This document shows positions 41,501 to 51,402 of a stretch of DNA of 64,000 nucleotides, in pieces. Origin of the DNA: Candidatus Cloacimonadota bacterium (GTDB lineage: Bacteria; Cloacimonadota; Cloacimonadia; G963667145); NCBI GenBank assembly GCA_963676615.1, contig OY781092.1:736001-800000 (forward strand). The letters run 5' to 3'. A program made the translations under genes and the position numbers. The notes beneath the pieces are model-generated. The model did no database searches, was not told the origin of the DNA, and saw only the letters and a list, made by a program, of their open reading frames with translations. How positions within the stretch are numbered: the stretch's first letter is position 1; every line of letters starts with the position of its first letter.

Positions 41501-42715
41501 CTACGACCGATAATCGGCGTTTATCTTGATGTAATCGTAGCTAAGATCGCAGCACCACGCAGTCGCCGAGCCGTCGCCTTGCATCAGCTCCAACAAAATT
41601 TCGATTTCCGCCTCTTGCAAAATCTTTTTCGCCTTCGCTTCGCTAAACTGAACGCCCTTGCCTTGCACAGCCAAAGCTATCTCCCCCGCATTCGAGCGAA
41701 AAGTGATGCACGCCCTGTCTGGATCAAAATCTGCACCAGAATACCCAGCGGCAGCCAGCACTCTTCCCCAATTTGCGTCTTCGCCAAAAATCGCCGTCTT
41801 CACCAAATTCGACCCGCAAATACTCTTGGCAATCGTTTTGGCGTCCTCGTGGCTCTTGGCTCCGCTCACCACAACGCTCACTAACTTGCCAGCGCCCTCG
41901 CCATCAGCGGCAATCTGCTTGGCTAAACTCACACAAACCGCCAACAAATTCTCATAAAAAATAGCAAACTCCTGACTCTGCTCGTCCTCAATTTTCGCAT
42001 TCTCCGCAAGCCCGTTCGCCAAAAGCAGCACGCTATCGTTCGTGGAAGTGTCGCCGTCCACGCTCACCATATTAAAAGACAACTCCGTTGCGTCGCTCAA
42101 AGCCTTTTGCAGCAAGCGTTTGTCGATATTCGCATCCGTGGTTATCGCCGCCAGCATCGTGCCCATATTCGGATGAATCATCCCCGAGCCTTTTGCAGCC
42201 GCACCAATTCTGACCTCTTTTCCGTTCAAAGAAAAACAAACTCCAGCCTGCTTCTCCTTTGTGTCGGTGGTCATTATTGCGCTCGCCAAGCGTTGCTCGT
42301 TCTCTTGCGACAAATTTTGGCAAACAGCCTCAATGCCAAACAAAACTTTTTCCATCGGCAACCGATAACCAATCACGCCTGTGGACATCACCATCACCTG
42401 CGAAGCAGGAATTTCCAGCGCACTGCCCATCGCTTTTGCCATTTTGCCCGCATCTTCCAGACCCTGCTCACCTGTGCAAGCGTTGGCGTTGCCGCTGTTT
42501 ATCACCACAGCCCTCGTCACAGAGCCGCGCAAAGCCGCCTGACAATATTTCACTGGCGCTGCCACAACTTTATTTTTGGTGAAAACGCCCGCACACGCAC
42601 AATCTTTTTGCGAAAAAACAACCCCTAAATCTAAACCTTTCTTCCGAATGCCAGCGCTAACAGCTCCAGCCAAAAACCCTTTCGGATAACAAACGCCCAA
42701 AAATTTCGTTTCCAT
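41501..42715 (-). CDS. argJ: Ornithine acetyltransferase ArgJ
   Basis: NSGNANACTG, KGSGMIHPNMGTML, DGDTSTND, DANWGR. Confidence 0.97.
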   Translation of the reverse strand: METKFLGVCYPKGFLAGAVSAGIRKKGLDLGVVFSQKDCACAGVFTKNKVVAAPVKYCQAALRGSVTRAVVINSGNANACTGEQGLEDAGKMAKAMGSALEIPASQVMVMSTGVIGYRLPMEKVLFGIEAVCQNLSQENEQRLASAIMTTDTKEKQAGVCFSLNGKEVRIGAAAKGSGMIHPNMGTMLAAITTDANIDKRLLQKALSDATELSFNMVSVDGDTSTNDSVLLLANGLAENAKIEDEQSQEFAIFYENLLAVCVSLAKQIAADGEGAGKLVSVVVSGAKSHEDAKTIAKSICGSNLVKTAIFGEDANWGRVLAAAGYSGADFDPDRACITFRSNAGEIALAVQGKGVQFSEAKAKKILQEAEIEILLELMQGDGSATAWCCDLSYDYIKINADYRS

Positions 42716-42719
42716 TTCG

Positions 42720-43769
42720 CTACACTCCCGCTCTCAAGCCACTCAACCCAGCGTTTTCCTCAAACCCGCACAAAATATTCATATTCTGCACCGCTTGCCC
42801 AGCAGCACCTTTCAGCAGATTATCGATAACGCTCACCACCACCAAACGACCCACTCGCTCGTCCAAAAAAACATTCAAATGACAATCGTTGCTGCCGGCG
42901 ACATTCTTTATCTCGGGCAGCTCGCCCTCTGGCAAAAGCTGCACAAATTGCGCATCGCGGTAATATTCCAAAAAGTTCTGCCGAATCTGACTCAAATCCA
43001 CCTGTTCCAAAAGATCCAGATAAATAGTGGACAAAATTCCGCGCTTCAGCGGCAAAAGATGCGGCGTAAAACTCACCAAAACCTTTTCGCCACACAGCTT
43101 CCCCAGCTCCTGCTCAATCTCTGGAATGTGCCGATGCGACGCCACTTTATACGCCTTAAAATTTTCGTCCTGCTGACAAAAATGCACGCCCAAATTCATA
43201 CCACGCCCAGCACCACTCACGCCCGACTTGCTGTCGATAATCACGCTCGAAGTGTCCACAATCTGCATCTTCATCAACGGAGCCAGCGCCAACAAAACGC
43301 TCGTGGGGTAGCAGCCCGGATTCGCCACCAACTGCACATCCTCCAGCCTCTTTTTGTGAATTTCTGGAATATTGTAAATCGCCTGATCCAGCAAATGCTC
43401 CGCCGTGTGCTGACTGCCATACCACTTTCGATAATCTTCCACCGACTCCAAACGAAAATCTGCCCCCAAATCGATAACCTTCACATCCTCCGCCAAAAGC
43501 TCCGCGGCAATCTTCTGCGCAGGTCCCGTCGGCAACGCAATAAAAACCAAATCGCTATTTTTCGCAAGCTCCGCCGTGTCTAGCGCCTTGCACTTTTTAT
43601 CGTCAAGCCTCCCGCGAAAAACAGGATAAATCTTCGCGAAACTCTCTCCCACATAGCTTTTGGAAACCAAATCCGCAAGCTCAACCTCTGGATGCTCCAG
43701 CAAAATCCGCACCAGCTCTGCACCAGAATATCCCGTAGCGCCCACAATCGAAACCTTTAACATTCGCAT
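42720..43769 (-). CDS. argC: N-acetyl-gamma-glutamyl-phosphate reductase
   Basis: GATGYSG, ANPGCYPT, SGVSGAG, DNLLKGAAGQA; start is ATG 43769 or 43763. Confidence 0.97.
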   Translation of the reverse strand: MRMLKVSIVGATGYSGAELVRILLEHPEVELADLVSKSYVGESFAKIYPVFRGRLDDKKCKALDTAELAKNSDLVFIALPTGPAQKIAAELLAEDVKVIDLGADFRLESVEDYRKWYGSQHTAEHLLDQAIYNIPEIHKKRLEDVQLVANPGCYPTSVLLALAPLMKMQIVDTSSVIIDSKSGVSGAGRGMNLGVHFCQQDENFKAYKVASHRHIPEIEQELGKLCGEKVLVSFTPHLLPLKRGILSTIYLDLLEQVDLSQIRQNFLEYYRDAQFVQLLPEGELPEIKNVAGSNDCHLNVFLDERVGRLVVVSVIDNLLKGAAGQAVQNMNILCGFEENAGLSGLRAGV

Positions 43770-43796
43770 CAAGCTCCTTTCTTAAAAAAAATCTTT

Positions 43797-43830
43797 AAAA
43801 AAAGCTACCTCAAAATCGAAAAGAGATAGC
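43797..43830 (-). terminator. Terminator after atpG
   Basis: Minus strand GCTATCTC-loop-GAGGTAGC followed by TTTTTTT. Confidence 0.7.
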
Positions 43831-43861
43831 CCAAATTTTCACTTCAAAAGCACAACAAAAA

Positions 43862-44710
43862 CTATTCGTTAATAGCTTCGGCTCCACCCACAATATCGAT
43901 AATCTCGCCCGTAATCGCCGCCTGACGCTCCCGATTATACTTTAGCGACAAACTATCGATAATCTCGCTGGCGTTCTCCGTGGCGTTATCCATCGCCGTC
44001 ATTCTCGCGGCTTGCTCTGCAGCCGAAGACTCCAAAAGAATTCGCCAAATCTCCACCGAAATAAACTTTCTGCCCAGCTCCTCGACAATCGCATCCTCGT
44101 CTGGCTCATACAAAAAATCGGTCAGCGAAAGCCCTTCCTCGTTCGACGGCTCAATCGGAAAAAGCCCCTTAAAAATAATATCTTGCTGAATCGCCGACAC
44201 AAACTTATTGTAAATCACATCGACCTTTTCATACTCTTTGTTCAAATACAAATCCAGCACAATCTCGGTAATATCTTTGGCAACCGAAAAATCCATACTG
44301 TTAAAAAGCCCCGTAAAATCGCTATAAACCTCGCAAACTTTTTTCAGAGCCACCGTTCCGTTTTTGCCAACGCAAATAACATCAACATTTTCGTTTTCAG
44401 CAAGATGAGCCTTAACCCTTTTGACAATCTCGGAGTTAAAAGAACCGCAAAGACCACGATCGGAGGTCACTACAACCAAAGCCGACTTCCCCGTTTGCTT
44501 GTTCAAAAAAAACGGATGAATCGACTGCGAATTTTTCTTCTTCACGCACTCCAGCATTCCACCAACCAAATTCGCATACGGTCTTGCTGCCTCAATCGCC
44601 TCTTGCGACTTGCGCAACTTGCTGGCAGCCACCATCTTCATCGCATTTGTGATTTGCCGCGTGGACTTTACACCCTCGATTCTATTCTTGATAGCCTTCA
44701 GATTACCCAT
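43862..44710 (-). CDS. atpG: F1 ATP synthase gamma subunit (no other atp genes nearby)
   Basis: QITNAMKMVAASKL, SDRGLCGSFN, EQAARMTAMDNATENA, YNRERQAAITGEI. Confidence 0.97.
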   Translation of the reverse strand: MGNLKAIKNRIEGVKSTRQITNAMKMVAASKLRKSQEAIEAARPYANLVGGMLECVKKKNSQSIHPFFLNKQTGKSALVVVTSDRGLCGSFNSEIVKRVKAHLAENENVDVICVGKNGTVALKKVCEVYSDFTGLFNSMDFSVAKDITEIVLDLYLNKEYEKVDVIYNKFVSAIQQDIIFKGLFPIEPSNEEGLSLTDFLYEPDEDAIVEELGRKFISVEIWRILLESSAAEQAARMTAMDNATENASEIIDSLSLKYNRERQAAITGEIIDIVGGAEAINE

Positions 44711-44737
44711 CTATTCAACTCCTCAATTCAAAAAAAC

Positions 44738-44995
44738 TTAACTCTTCTCTTCCGCAGAAAAATCGTCAGCGGCTTGCTGGCTCTCATCGCTCTGAGACAA
44801 AAAACGGTAAAAAGGTCGAACGCTGCTAAAAATCATCAACCCCAAAATCTTCTTAAAACCAATTCTGCGCACAAACGGGAACAACTTCACGATCATCACT
44901 CCAAACGCAAAAGACGCCAGCTGCGACAGCTTAAAATCGATAAAATCCAAGTTTTTAATACCCTTATTCAACTTCTCCAAATCCCAATTTTCCAT
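44738..44995 (-). CDS. Small hypothetical membrane protein
   Basis: 85 aa with two hydrophobic segments; GGGAG RBS. Confidence 0.6.
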   Translation of the reverse strand: MENWDLEKLNKGIKNLDFIDFKLSQLASFAFGVMIVKLFPFVRRIGFKKILGLMIFSSVRPFYRFLSQSDESQQAADDFSAEEKS

Positions 44996-45005
44996 ATCTT
45001 CTCCC

Positions 45006-45437
45006 TTAAAAAACCGCCAGCGTTTTTTTCTCTCTGGTTTCCGTATCGATATAATGCAACTCCAAAATCAACAAAAGAGGATCCTCCGGTTTTGACCCAG
45101 TTACTTTTGCCTCCAAAGTGTCTGTAAAAGTGTGAGTCTCAGCGGGCTTCAAAACTGTCGACAAATTTTCAAAAGCAGAGTCAATCCAACTAACAACAAC
45201 CCCTTCTCCTACGCTAGAAGAGCTAAGGCTCTGAAGCTCGACATTATCAACGCCGCTATTTATCACCGTAAAATTAAACACCGCTGTAATCGTATCGCCA
45301 CTTGTGGTTTGACTATTGCTGCTGTTCTTGATTGTCAACAAACAATCTTCTTCGCCCTCCACAGTCGTTGTGGAGCTAGAGCCCAAACAACCAGCCAAAC
45401 AAAAAATTAAACATAAAAAAATAGTTGCATTTTTCAT
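45006..45437 (-). CDS. Hypothetical lipoprotein (beta-sandwich-like)
   Basis: CLAGC lipobox; TGATG overlap with the upstream gene. Confidence 0.7.
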   Translation of the reverse strand: MKNATIFLCLIFCLAGCLGSSSTTTVEGEEDCLLTIKNSSNSQTTSGDTITAVFNFTVINSGVDNVELQSLSSSSVGEGVVVSWIDSAFENLSTVLKPAETHTFTDTLEAKVTGSKPEDPLLLILELHYIDTETREKKTLAVF

Positions 45438-45868
45438 CAATCTACCACCCTAAAATCAAGATCTTCGTCCTCGTCCGTATAATCTATCCCCAAAAATCCA
45501 CGCTCCTCAACATAAATAATCCGAACCTCTAGCTCGTGCTTTCCATACGAAAAGTTGTTGTCTAAAAAACCTTCAATCTCCACAGCCTCGCCAGCTTGCA
45601 ATTTTTGCTCCAAAAAATTTGCGCTATCAACAAGCACATCGTCCACAAGAATCTGATACTCAGGATAAGAGTAGGTCTCTCTTTTGCTTTCGTTAGCAAT
45701 TTCAAACTTATAGGTAATAGTCTTGCTACTCTTTTTGACCTCCACATAATGCTCCATTCCGTCAATAGATAAATCCTCTATTTCTAACTTAACATCGTAT
45801 TTATCTTTGGCAAACAAAAAACTGCAAAAAAACAAACCGACAAAAATCGACAAAAAAAACTTTTTCAC
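45437..45868 (-). CDS. Hypothetical secreted protein
   Basis: Signal peptide MKKFFLSIFVGLFFCSFLFA; AAGGAG RBS, GTG start. Confidence 0.7.
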   Translation of the reverse strand: MKKFFLSIFVGLFFCSFLFAKDKYDVKLEIEDLSIDGMEHYVEVKKSSKTITYKFEIANESKRETYSYPEYQILVDDVLVDSANFLEQKLQAGEAVEIEGFLDNNFSYGKHELEVRIIYVEERGFLGIDYTDEDEDLDFRVVD

Positions 45869-45991
45869 CCTACACTCCTTACAACAATTTTACCTAAATC
45901 TCGAAAAAACAAACATATTGTCAAGAGATAATTTGCTAAATCTGCAACGATTAAAACAAAACTATAAACCCATTGAAAAACAACTAAAGCC

Positions 45992-46019
45992 TTGACAATA
46001 AAATTCTCCAAAATAGAAT
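45992..46019 (+). promoter_or_regulatory. Sigma70-type promoter of the ABC operon
   Basis: TTGACA-16 nt-TAGAAT, 40 nt upstream of ATG 46060. Confidence 0.6.
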
Positions 46020-46059
46020 TCGCTAGGATAGTGAAATATTTTAACTTTAAAGGAAGTTT

Positions 46060-47574
46060 ATGGAAAAAGTACTAGAGATGAAAAATGTTTCGAAGTATTT
46101 TGCAAAGGTAGTTGCAAATTTCAAGGTAAATCTTGATTTGCATAAGGGCGAGATTTTGGCTCTATTAGGTGAGAATGGCGCAGGCAAAAGCACTATTATG
46201 AAGATTCTTTTTGGATTGTATCACCAAGACGAGGGGCAGATTTTCATTTGTGGAAAAGAAACAAAAATCGACTCTCCAAAAACCGCAATGAAGCATGGCA
46301 TTGCGATGATTCAGCAACATTTTTCTTTGGTTGAATCTCACACAGTCACTGAAAACATCATTTTAGGGCAAGTATCAGGTAAAATAGATTTAGATTTTTT
46401 TTCACAGAGAGTTCAGAATTTGATTGATAAATATGATTTCAAACTAAACCCTAGTGCTTTAATTAGAGATTTGACTGTAGGTGATCGCCAAAAAGTTGAA
46501 ATCTTGAAGGCGCTCTACCAAAAGGCACAAATTTTGATTATGGACGAGCCTTCTGCAGTCCTCACTCCTCAAGAGATAACAACACTTATCAAATTTGTCA
46601 AAGATTATGCAAAAACAGGAAACTCCGTGGTTTTTATATCACATAAGCTTAATGAAGTAATGGAAGTTTCTGATAACATTGTCATTATGAGGTCAGGTCG
46701 AGTTGTTAGTAAGGTTGCCAAATCTGAAACAAATCAAAAAAAATTAGCTAAGCTGATGGTAGGTAAAGAGATTGACCTAGTCCCACAGCGAAAAGAAAAT
46801 TATTTGCAAAAAAGTCATTTTGTGTTGGAAGTTTCAAAAGTGACGAGCATAAATAAAGAAGGAAAAAAAGTTCTAGAAAATGTTAATTTTAAAATAAGCC
46901 GCGGTGAAATTTTTGGAATTGCGGGAGTTAGTGGAAATGGGCAACAAGAGCTTTGCGAGGCTATTTACGGGGTTCGCAATATTTGTTCGGGGAAAATTAA
47001 AGTTTGTAATCAAAATTTAGAAAATATGTCTGTTTACGAAAGAATCCGCTTCGGATTAGGCTATGTCCCTTCAAATCGTCATCGCGATGCTATGATTCAA
47101 AGTATGTCAATAAAAGAGAACATGTTTTTAAAAGCTAGTTTTGAACCAAAGTGGCAAAAGCATGGACTAATTAACCAAAAAGTTCTCAAAGATTATTCTA
47201 AAGAAAGGGTTTCAAGTTTTAATGTTATTACTCCTGATGTAACTACTTCTTTGCAAAATCTTTCTGGAGGCAACCAACAAAAGGTTATTTTGGCTAGGGA
47301 GGTTGATAACGGGAAAAAATTGATAATTTTAGACCAACCAACCAGAGGCTTGGATTTGGGGGCAATCAACCAAGTCCACAAATTTGTGACGCAAGAAGCT
47401 AAACAGGGCAAAGCAATACTTCTTATTTCAACTGAACTTTCCGAAATTTTTGGATTATGTGATAGAGTTGGCGTTATTTATGAGGGCAAAATTCAAGGAA
47501 TATATGAAACCAATAAACTTACTTCCGAAAAAATTGGATTGATGATGGCTGGAGGTAAAATTGGTGAGAATTAA
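46060..47574 (+). CDS. Nucleoside/sugar (CUT2) ABC transporter ATP-binding protein
   Basis: GENGAGKST, MDEPSAVLT, second domain with LSGGNQQK and DQPTRGLD. Confidence 0.93.
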   Translation: MEKVLEMKNVSKYFAKVVANFKVNLDLHKGEILALLGENGAGKSTIMKILFGLYHQDEGQIFICGKETKIDSPKTAMKHGIAMIQQHFSLVESHTVTENIILGQVSGKIDLDFFSQRVQNLIDKYDFKLNPSALIRDLTVGDRQKVEILKALYQKAQILIMDEPSAVLTPQEITTLIKFVKDYAKTGNSVVFISHKLNEVMEVSDNIVIMRSGRVVSKVAKSETNQKKLAKLMVGKEIDLVPQRKENYLQKSHFVLEVSKVTSINKEGKKVLENVNFKISRGEIFGIAGVSGNGQQELCEAIYGVRNICSGKIKVCNQNLENMSVYERIRFGLGYVPSNRHRDAMIQSMSIKENMFLKASFEPKWQKHGLINQKVLKDYSKERVSSFNVITPDVTTSLQNLSGGNQQKVILAREVDNGKKLIILDQPTRGLDLGAINQVHKFVTQEAKQGKAILLISTELSEIFGLCDRVGVIYEGKIQGIYETNKLTSEKIGLMMAGGKIGEN

Positions 47575-48640
47575 AATAGATTGGAATTTTGATACCAGAG
47601 ACATGATTTTGACCAATTTTGGAGCAATTCTAGTAGGGCTTGCCTGCAGTGGCTTATTGCTTTTTTTCTTAAAGATTAACCCCTTTCACGCTTTTTTTGT
47701 TTCTATTCAATCTGTTTTTAACGACAACTATATGTTTGCAGAAATTTTTGTTAAATCTACACCACTGATTCTAACTGGATTAGCTTTTGCTTTTACTTAC
47801 AAAGCCAATTTATTTAATATAGGCGCACAAGGACAGTTTTATTTAGGAGTTATGACTTCTGCGGCAGTTTCTTTATGGCTAGGCGATACCATGGGAAGCT
47901 TTTTCGGATTGGTAATGGTTTTTGTCTTTTGCTCATTGATTGGTTGTCTATACGGCGGATTAATTGGTTTTTTTAAGGCAAAAAAAGGAGCAAATGAGTT
48001 TTTAATCAGTATGATGTCAACTTATGTGGCTGCGGCGTTTATGAACTACCTTTTGCGAACTCATTTAAGAGAAACGCGCGGAGAATATCCACAAACCGAT
48101 GTTATCTGCGAGGCGATACGATTACCTTTGATCTGCGGAAATACTCGTTTGCATTTTGGATTTTTACTAGCAGTATTAATTGCAATTCTACTTTGGATTT
48201 TGTTATTCAAAACACCTTTTGGCTTCCGAGTAAGAGCTGTTGGCAGCAACATTCCTGCCTCAAAACAAGCAGGCATAAACTCCGAAAAAATGACAATTTA
48301 TACATTTGCTATTTCTGGAATGATGGGAGCTTTGGCTGGATTTGTAGTTATTAATGGTTCTCAATTTATGGCAATACAGGGTTTTTATGCGGAAGTAGGG
48401 GCTCTAGGGATTGGAATCGCTATCTTGGCTAACGGAAATCCTATAGGCGTAATTTTTGCAGCGATTTTATTTGGTTTTATTCAAGTGGTTGGAGGAGAAA
48501 TGGCTATGCTAGCGAGAACACCAGACAGTTTTACCTATTTAATGCTGGGCAGTGTTACTCTTTTTGTAATTATAGCCTACTATGTTCGCAAGCAAATAAA
48601 ACTAAGACGCGAAAAGCTTAAAATGATGGAGAAAGTATGA
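47564..48640 (+). CDS. Nucleoside ABC transporter permease 1
   Basis: PLILTGLA, FNIGAQGQF, GFRVRAVG; GGAGG RBS, GTG start. Confidence 0.9.
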   Translation: MRIKIDWNFDTRDMILTNFGAILVGLACSGLLLFFLKINPFHAFFVSIQSVFNDNYMFAEIFVKSTPLILTGLAFAFTYKANLFNIGAQGQFYLGVMTSAAVSLWLGDTMGSFFGLVMVFVFCSLIGCLYGGLIGFFKAKKGANEFLISMMSTYVAAAFMNYLLRTHLRETRGEYPQTDVICEAIRLPLICGNTRLHFGFLLAVLIAILLWILLFKTPFGFRVRAVGSNIPASKQAGINSEKMTIYTFAISGMMGALAGFVVINGSQFMAIQGFYAEVGALGIGIAILANGNPIGVIFAAILFGFIQVVGGEMAMLARTPDSFTYLMLGSVTLFVIIAYYVRKQIKLRREKLKMMEKV

Positions 48641-49545
48641 TTGAGATATTTTCCACCGCGTTAATGATGAGCACTCCACTAATGCTCGGAGCGATTGTTG
48701 AAGTTTTTTCTGAGCGAACGGGAATGATGAACACTTCTATTGAGGGAGCGTTTTTGATGGGAGCCTTTGGCGGTTTTGTCGGAGCCTTTCTTAGCAAAAG
48801 CTTGTTTGCAGGGTTTTTATTAGCTGCTTTTTGCGGTGTTTTTGTCACAGTCATATATGCCATTGTAACTGTTAGTTTTGCCCAACATCAAGTGGTTACT
48901 GGAACTGCACTCAATATTTTTGCTGTTGGACTTTCAAGTTATCTTTTTAGGGTGATTTTTGGCGTGCCCTTGATGCCTCTTAAGATAGAGCCGCTCAAAA
49001 TTTTTGCAGTTCCATTGCTAAGCAAAATCCCCTTTTTTGGTCCAATTCTATTTGAACAAAATGTGCTTACTTATGCAATCTATTTTATTATCCCTTTGTC
49101 TTATTTCATTTTATACAAAACATCCTACGGACTAACTATTCGTTCTACTGGAGAAAACCCTGAAGCCGTAGATGCAGCAGGAATTAATGTAAAAAAAGTA
49201 AGAATAACAATGCTGGCAATTTCCGGAATTTTTTGTGGAATAGCGGGAGCTTTTTATTCACTTGCTATTTTGGGAATGTTTACTTCTACAATTATTGGCG
49301 GCAGAGGTTGGATAGCCTTTGCCATTTGCTTTCTGGGAAATTGGAAGCCTTATGGTGTTGTTTATGGTGCTCTTACTTTCGGTTTAGCAGAAGCCATTGG
49401 GATTCGCTTTATGGTGAGTCAAAATATTGCTATCCCCAACGAAATTTTCATCGCCTTGCCTTATGTTTTGACCATTGTTCTCACTATTACCAGAAAATCT
49501 TTTAGCGTTCCTGCTAAACTAGGTGTTTCTTACGAAAAAGAATAA
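48637..49545 (+). CDS. Nucleoside ABC transporter permease 2
   Basis: SERTGMMN, GENPEAVDAAGINV, GRGWIAFA. Confidence 0.9.
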   Translation: MIEIFSTALMMSTPLMLGAIVEVFSERTGMMNTSIEGAFLMGAFGGFVGAFLSKSLFAGFLLAAFCGVFVTVIYAIVTVSFAQHQVVTGTALNIFAVGLSSYLFRVIFGVPLMPLKIEPLKIFAVPLLSKIPFFGPILFEQNVLTYAIYFIIPLSYFILYKTSYGLTIRSTGENPEAVDAAGINVKKVRITMLAISGIFCGIAGAFYSLAILGMFTSTIIGGRGWIAFAICFLGNWKPYGVVYGALTFGLAEAIGIRFMVSQNIAIPNEIFIALPYVLTIVLTITRKSFSVPAKLGVSYEKE

Positions 49546-49566
49546 AATATAAAACAGGGAGGAAAA

Positions 49567-50556
49567 ATGAAAAGAAATTTGTTAAAATTTGTCGTTTTAC
49601 TGTTACTGGGTTTGATGTTCTGCTCTTTAGGAGCAAAATCACGAAAAATGGTACTTATTTTGCCTGGACCTATCAGCGACCAAAGTTGGAATGCAGCCAA
49701 CTACGCAGGTTTGTTAGCAGCCAACGATAAGCTCGGATTAAACATTGAGTATGTGGAAAATGTTAAAGATGCAGATTTTGTTTCTATTTTAAGAAGATAC
49801 GCTTCTCGTGGCTACGAACTAATTATGGGTGCTGGTAGTCAATTTGATGTGGCAGCCAACACTGTAGCTAAAGATTTTCCCAAAACTACATTTGTTATGG
49901 TCAATGGCTCTATGGCCAACTATCCCAATGTCGCGCCTATTTTTCCAAAAGAGTATGAAGCCAGTTATTTAGCTGGAATAATTGCCGGCGAACTCAGCAA
50001 AAATGGTAAATTTGGAACAATTTCTGGCTCTATTAATGCCCCTATGAACGATCTTCTAGATGTTTATGAAAAAGTTGCTGTTGAAGGCGCAAAAAAACGC
50101 GGAATCAAAGGAGCTAAGGCTTTCAGAGCTAATGCTGATAGTTGGAGCGATGTAAACAAGGGTAAACAAATGGCAAAATCGATGATTTCCAGTAACGATG
50201 TAGATGTTATGTTTGTTTATGCAAATCAAGTTGGCTTAGGCTCGATTACTGCTTGTGAAGAAGCCAATCCTCCTGTAAATTTTGTGGGATTTTCCAGCAA
50301 TCAAAACGACATCTCTCCTGTGGTAAATGCTTCTATCCTTTTTGATTTCAAAAATTTCTATGTTTGGGCTGTAGGCAAATATCTCAAAGGAGAATTACCT
50401 GGGAAAATGGTGCATAAAGCGGGGATAAAGGAAAACATTTTCGTCCCTGTATATGACGACGGTGTGAGCAATGAACTAAAAGAGAAGGTAAGTGTTGGAA
50501 TTGAAAAAGTTAAAAATGGCAAAATTGACTTAACTGAGTACTTTTTCACAAATTAA
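49567..50556 (+). CDS. BMP/PnrA-family substrate-binding protein
   Basis: PGPISDQSWN, EASYLAGIIAG; signal peptide. Confidence 0.88.
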   Translation: MKRNLLKFVVLLLLGLMFCSLGAKSRKMVLILPGPISDQSWNAANYAGLLAANDKLGLNIEYVENVKDADFVSILRRYASRGYELIMGAGSQFDVAANTVAKDFPKTTFVMVNGSMANYPNVAPIFPKEYEASYLAGIIAGELSKNGKFGTISGSINAPMNDLLDVYEKVAVEGAKKRGIKGAKAFRANADSWSDVNKGKQMAKSMISSNDVDVMFVYANQVGLGSITACEEANPPVNFVGFSSNQNDISPVVNASILFDFKNFYVWAVGKYLKGELPGKMVHKAGIKENIFVPVYDDGVSNELKEKVSVGIEKVKNGKIDLTEYFFTN

Positions 50557-50574
50557 ATTTTTGCTCTATTTTAT

Positions 50575-50603
50575 AAGGCTACCCTATTTAGGTAGCCTTT
50601 TTT
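50575..50603. terminator. Terminator between convergent BMP gene and dapB
   Basis: AAGGCTACC-CTATTTA-GGTAGCCTT followed by a T-run. Confidence 0.8.
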
Positions 50604-50658
50604 ATAAAAACTTTGCTTAAATTGAACAGAATTTTTTGATTATACTTAATCTCTTTTG

Positions 50659-51387
50659 CTAAATCTGCAACGCCAAAATTTCGTCAAAAACATCTTCAAA
50701 ACGGTAAAATCCTTTTTTTTGCGAAATAAATTTGGCAGCACGCAAAGCGCCCAGCGCAAAGCCTTCTCGGTTTCTGGCTGTGTGCTTTAGCTCCAGCGTA
50801 TCTGCCGCCGAATCAAAACTCACAAGGTGAGTTCCCGGAATATCCCCGCAGCGCACACTGGCAAAATGCAACTCCTTAGGGCTAATTTTTCCGTCCACTC
50901 TGCCAGTCACCAGCTTACTTTTGCGCGAAATGTTGTTCAGCAAAATCTCCGCCAAACTTTTCGCCGTTCCGCTGGGGCTGTCGATTTTTCTGTTGTGATG
51001 ATACTCCAGACCGCACACATCGTATTCGCTCACCTTGTCGAAAAGTCGCGCCGCCTCTTGCACAATCTGCATAAAAAGGTTCACGCCAACCGAAAAATTC
51101 GACGCATAAATAATATCGCCCTCTATTTTTTGCAGCGCTTGCAAATCGAAGCCAGTAGCACCAACCACCACTTTTTTACCCCAACTGCAAACTTTTTGGG
51201 CGTTCTCCACCGCAGAAGCCCCAAGCGCAAAATCTATCACAACCTGCGCATCTCGCAAATTTTCCTGGCTCAAATCTGTGCCGAGCCGCGGATCTATCTT
51301 CGCCACAACCTCGCATCCCATCTGCTGCGAGAGCGAATCAATCAATTTTCCCATCACTCCATAGCCAATCAAACCGATTTTCAACAT
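50659..51387 (-). CDS. dapB: 4-hydroxy-tetrahydrodipicolinate reductase
   Basis: GYGVMG, ASNFSVGV, EYHHNRKIDSPSGTA. Confidence 0.95.
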   Translation of the reverse strand: MLKIGLIGYGVMGKLIDSLSQQMGCEVVAKIDPRLGTDLSQENLRDAQVVIDFALGASAVENAQKVCSWGKKVVVGATGFDLQALQKIEGDIIYASNFSVGVNLFMQIVQEAARLFDKVSEYDVCGLEYHHNRKIDSPSGTAKSLAEILLNNISRKSKLVTGRVDGKISPKELHFASVRCGDIPGTHLVSFDSAADTLELKHTARNREGFALGALRAAKFISQKKGFYRFEDVFDEILALQI

Positions 51388-51402
51388 AAAATCTCCTTAA
51401 AA

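Noticed and set aside
44012..45127. 371-aa plus-strand ORF opposite atpG and its neighbours
   Set aside because: Antisense shadow with no motifs; the minus-strand genes have clear homology or RBS signals
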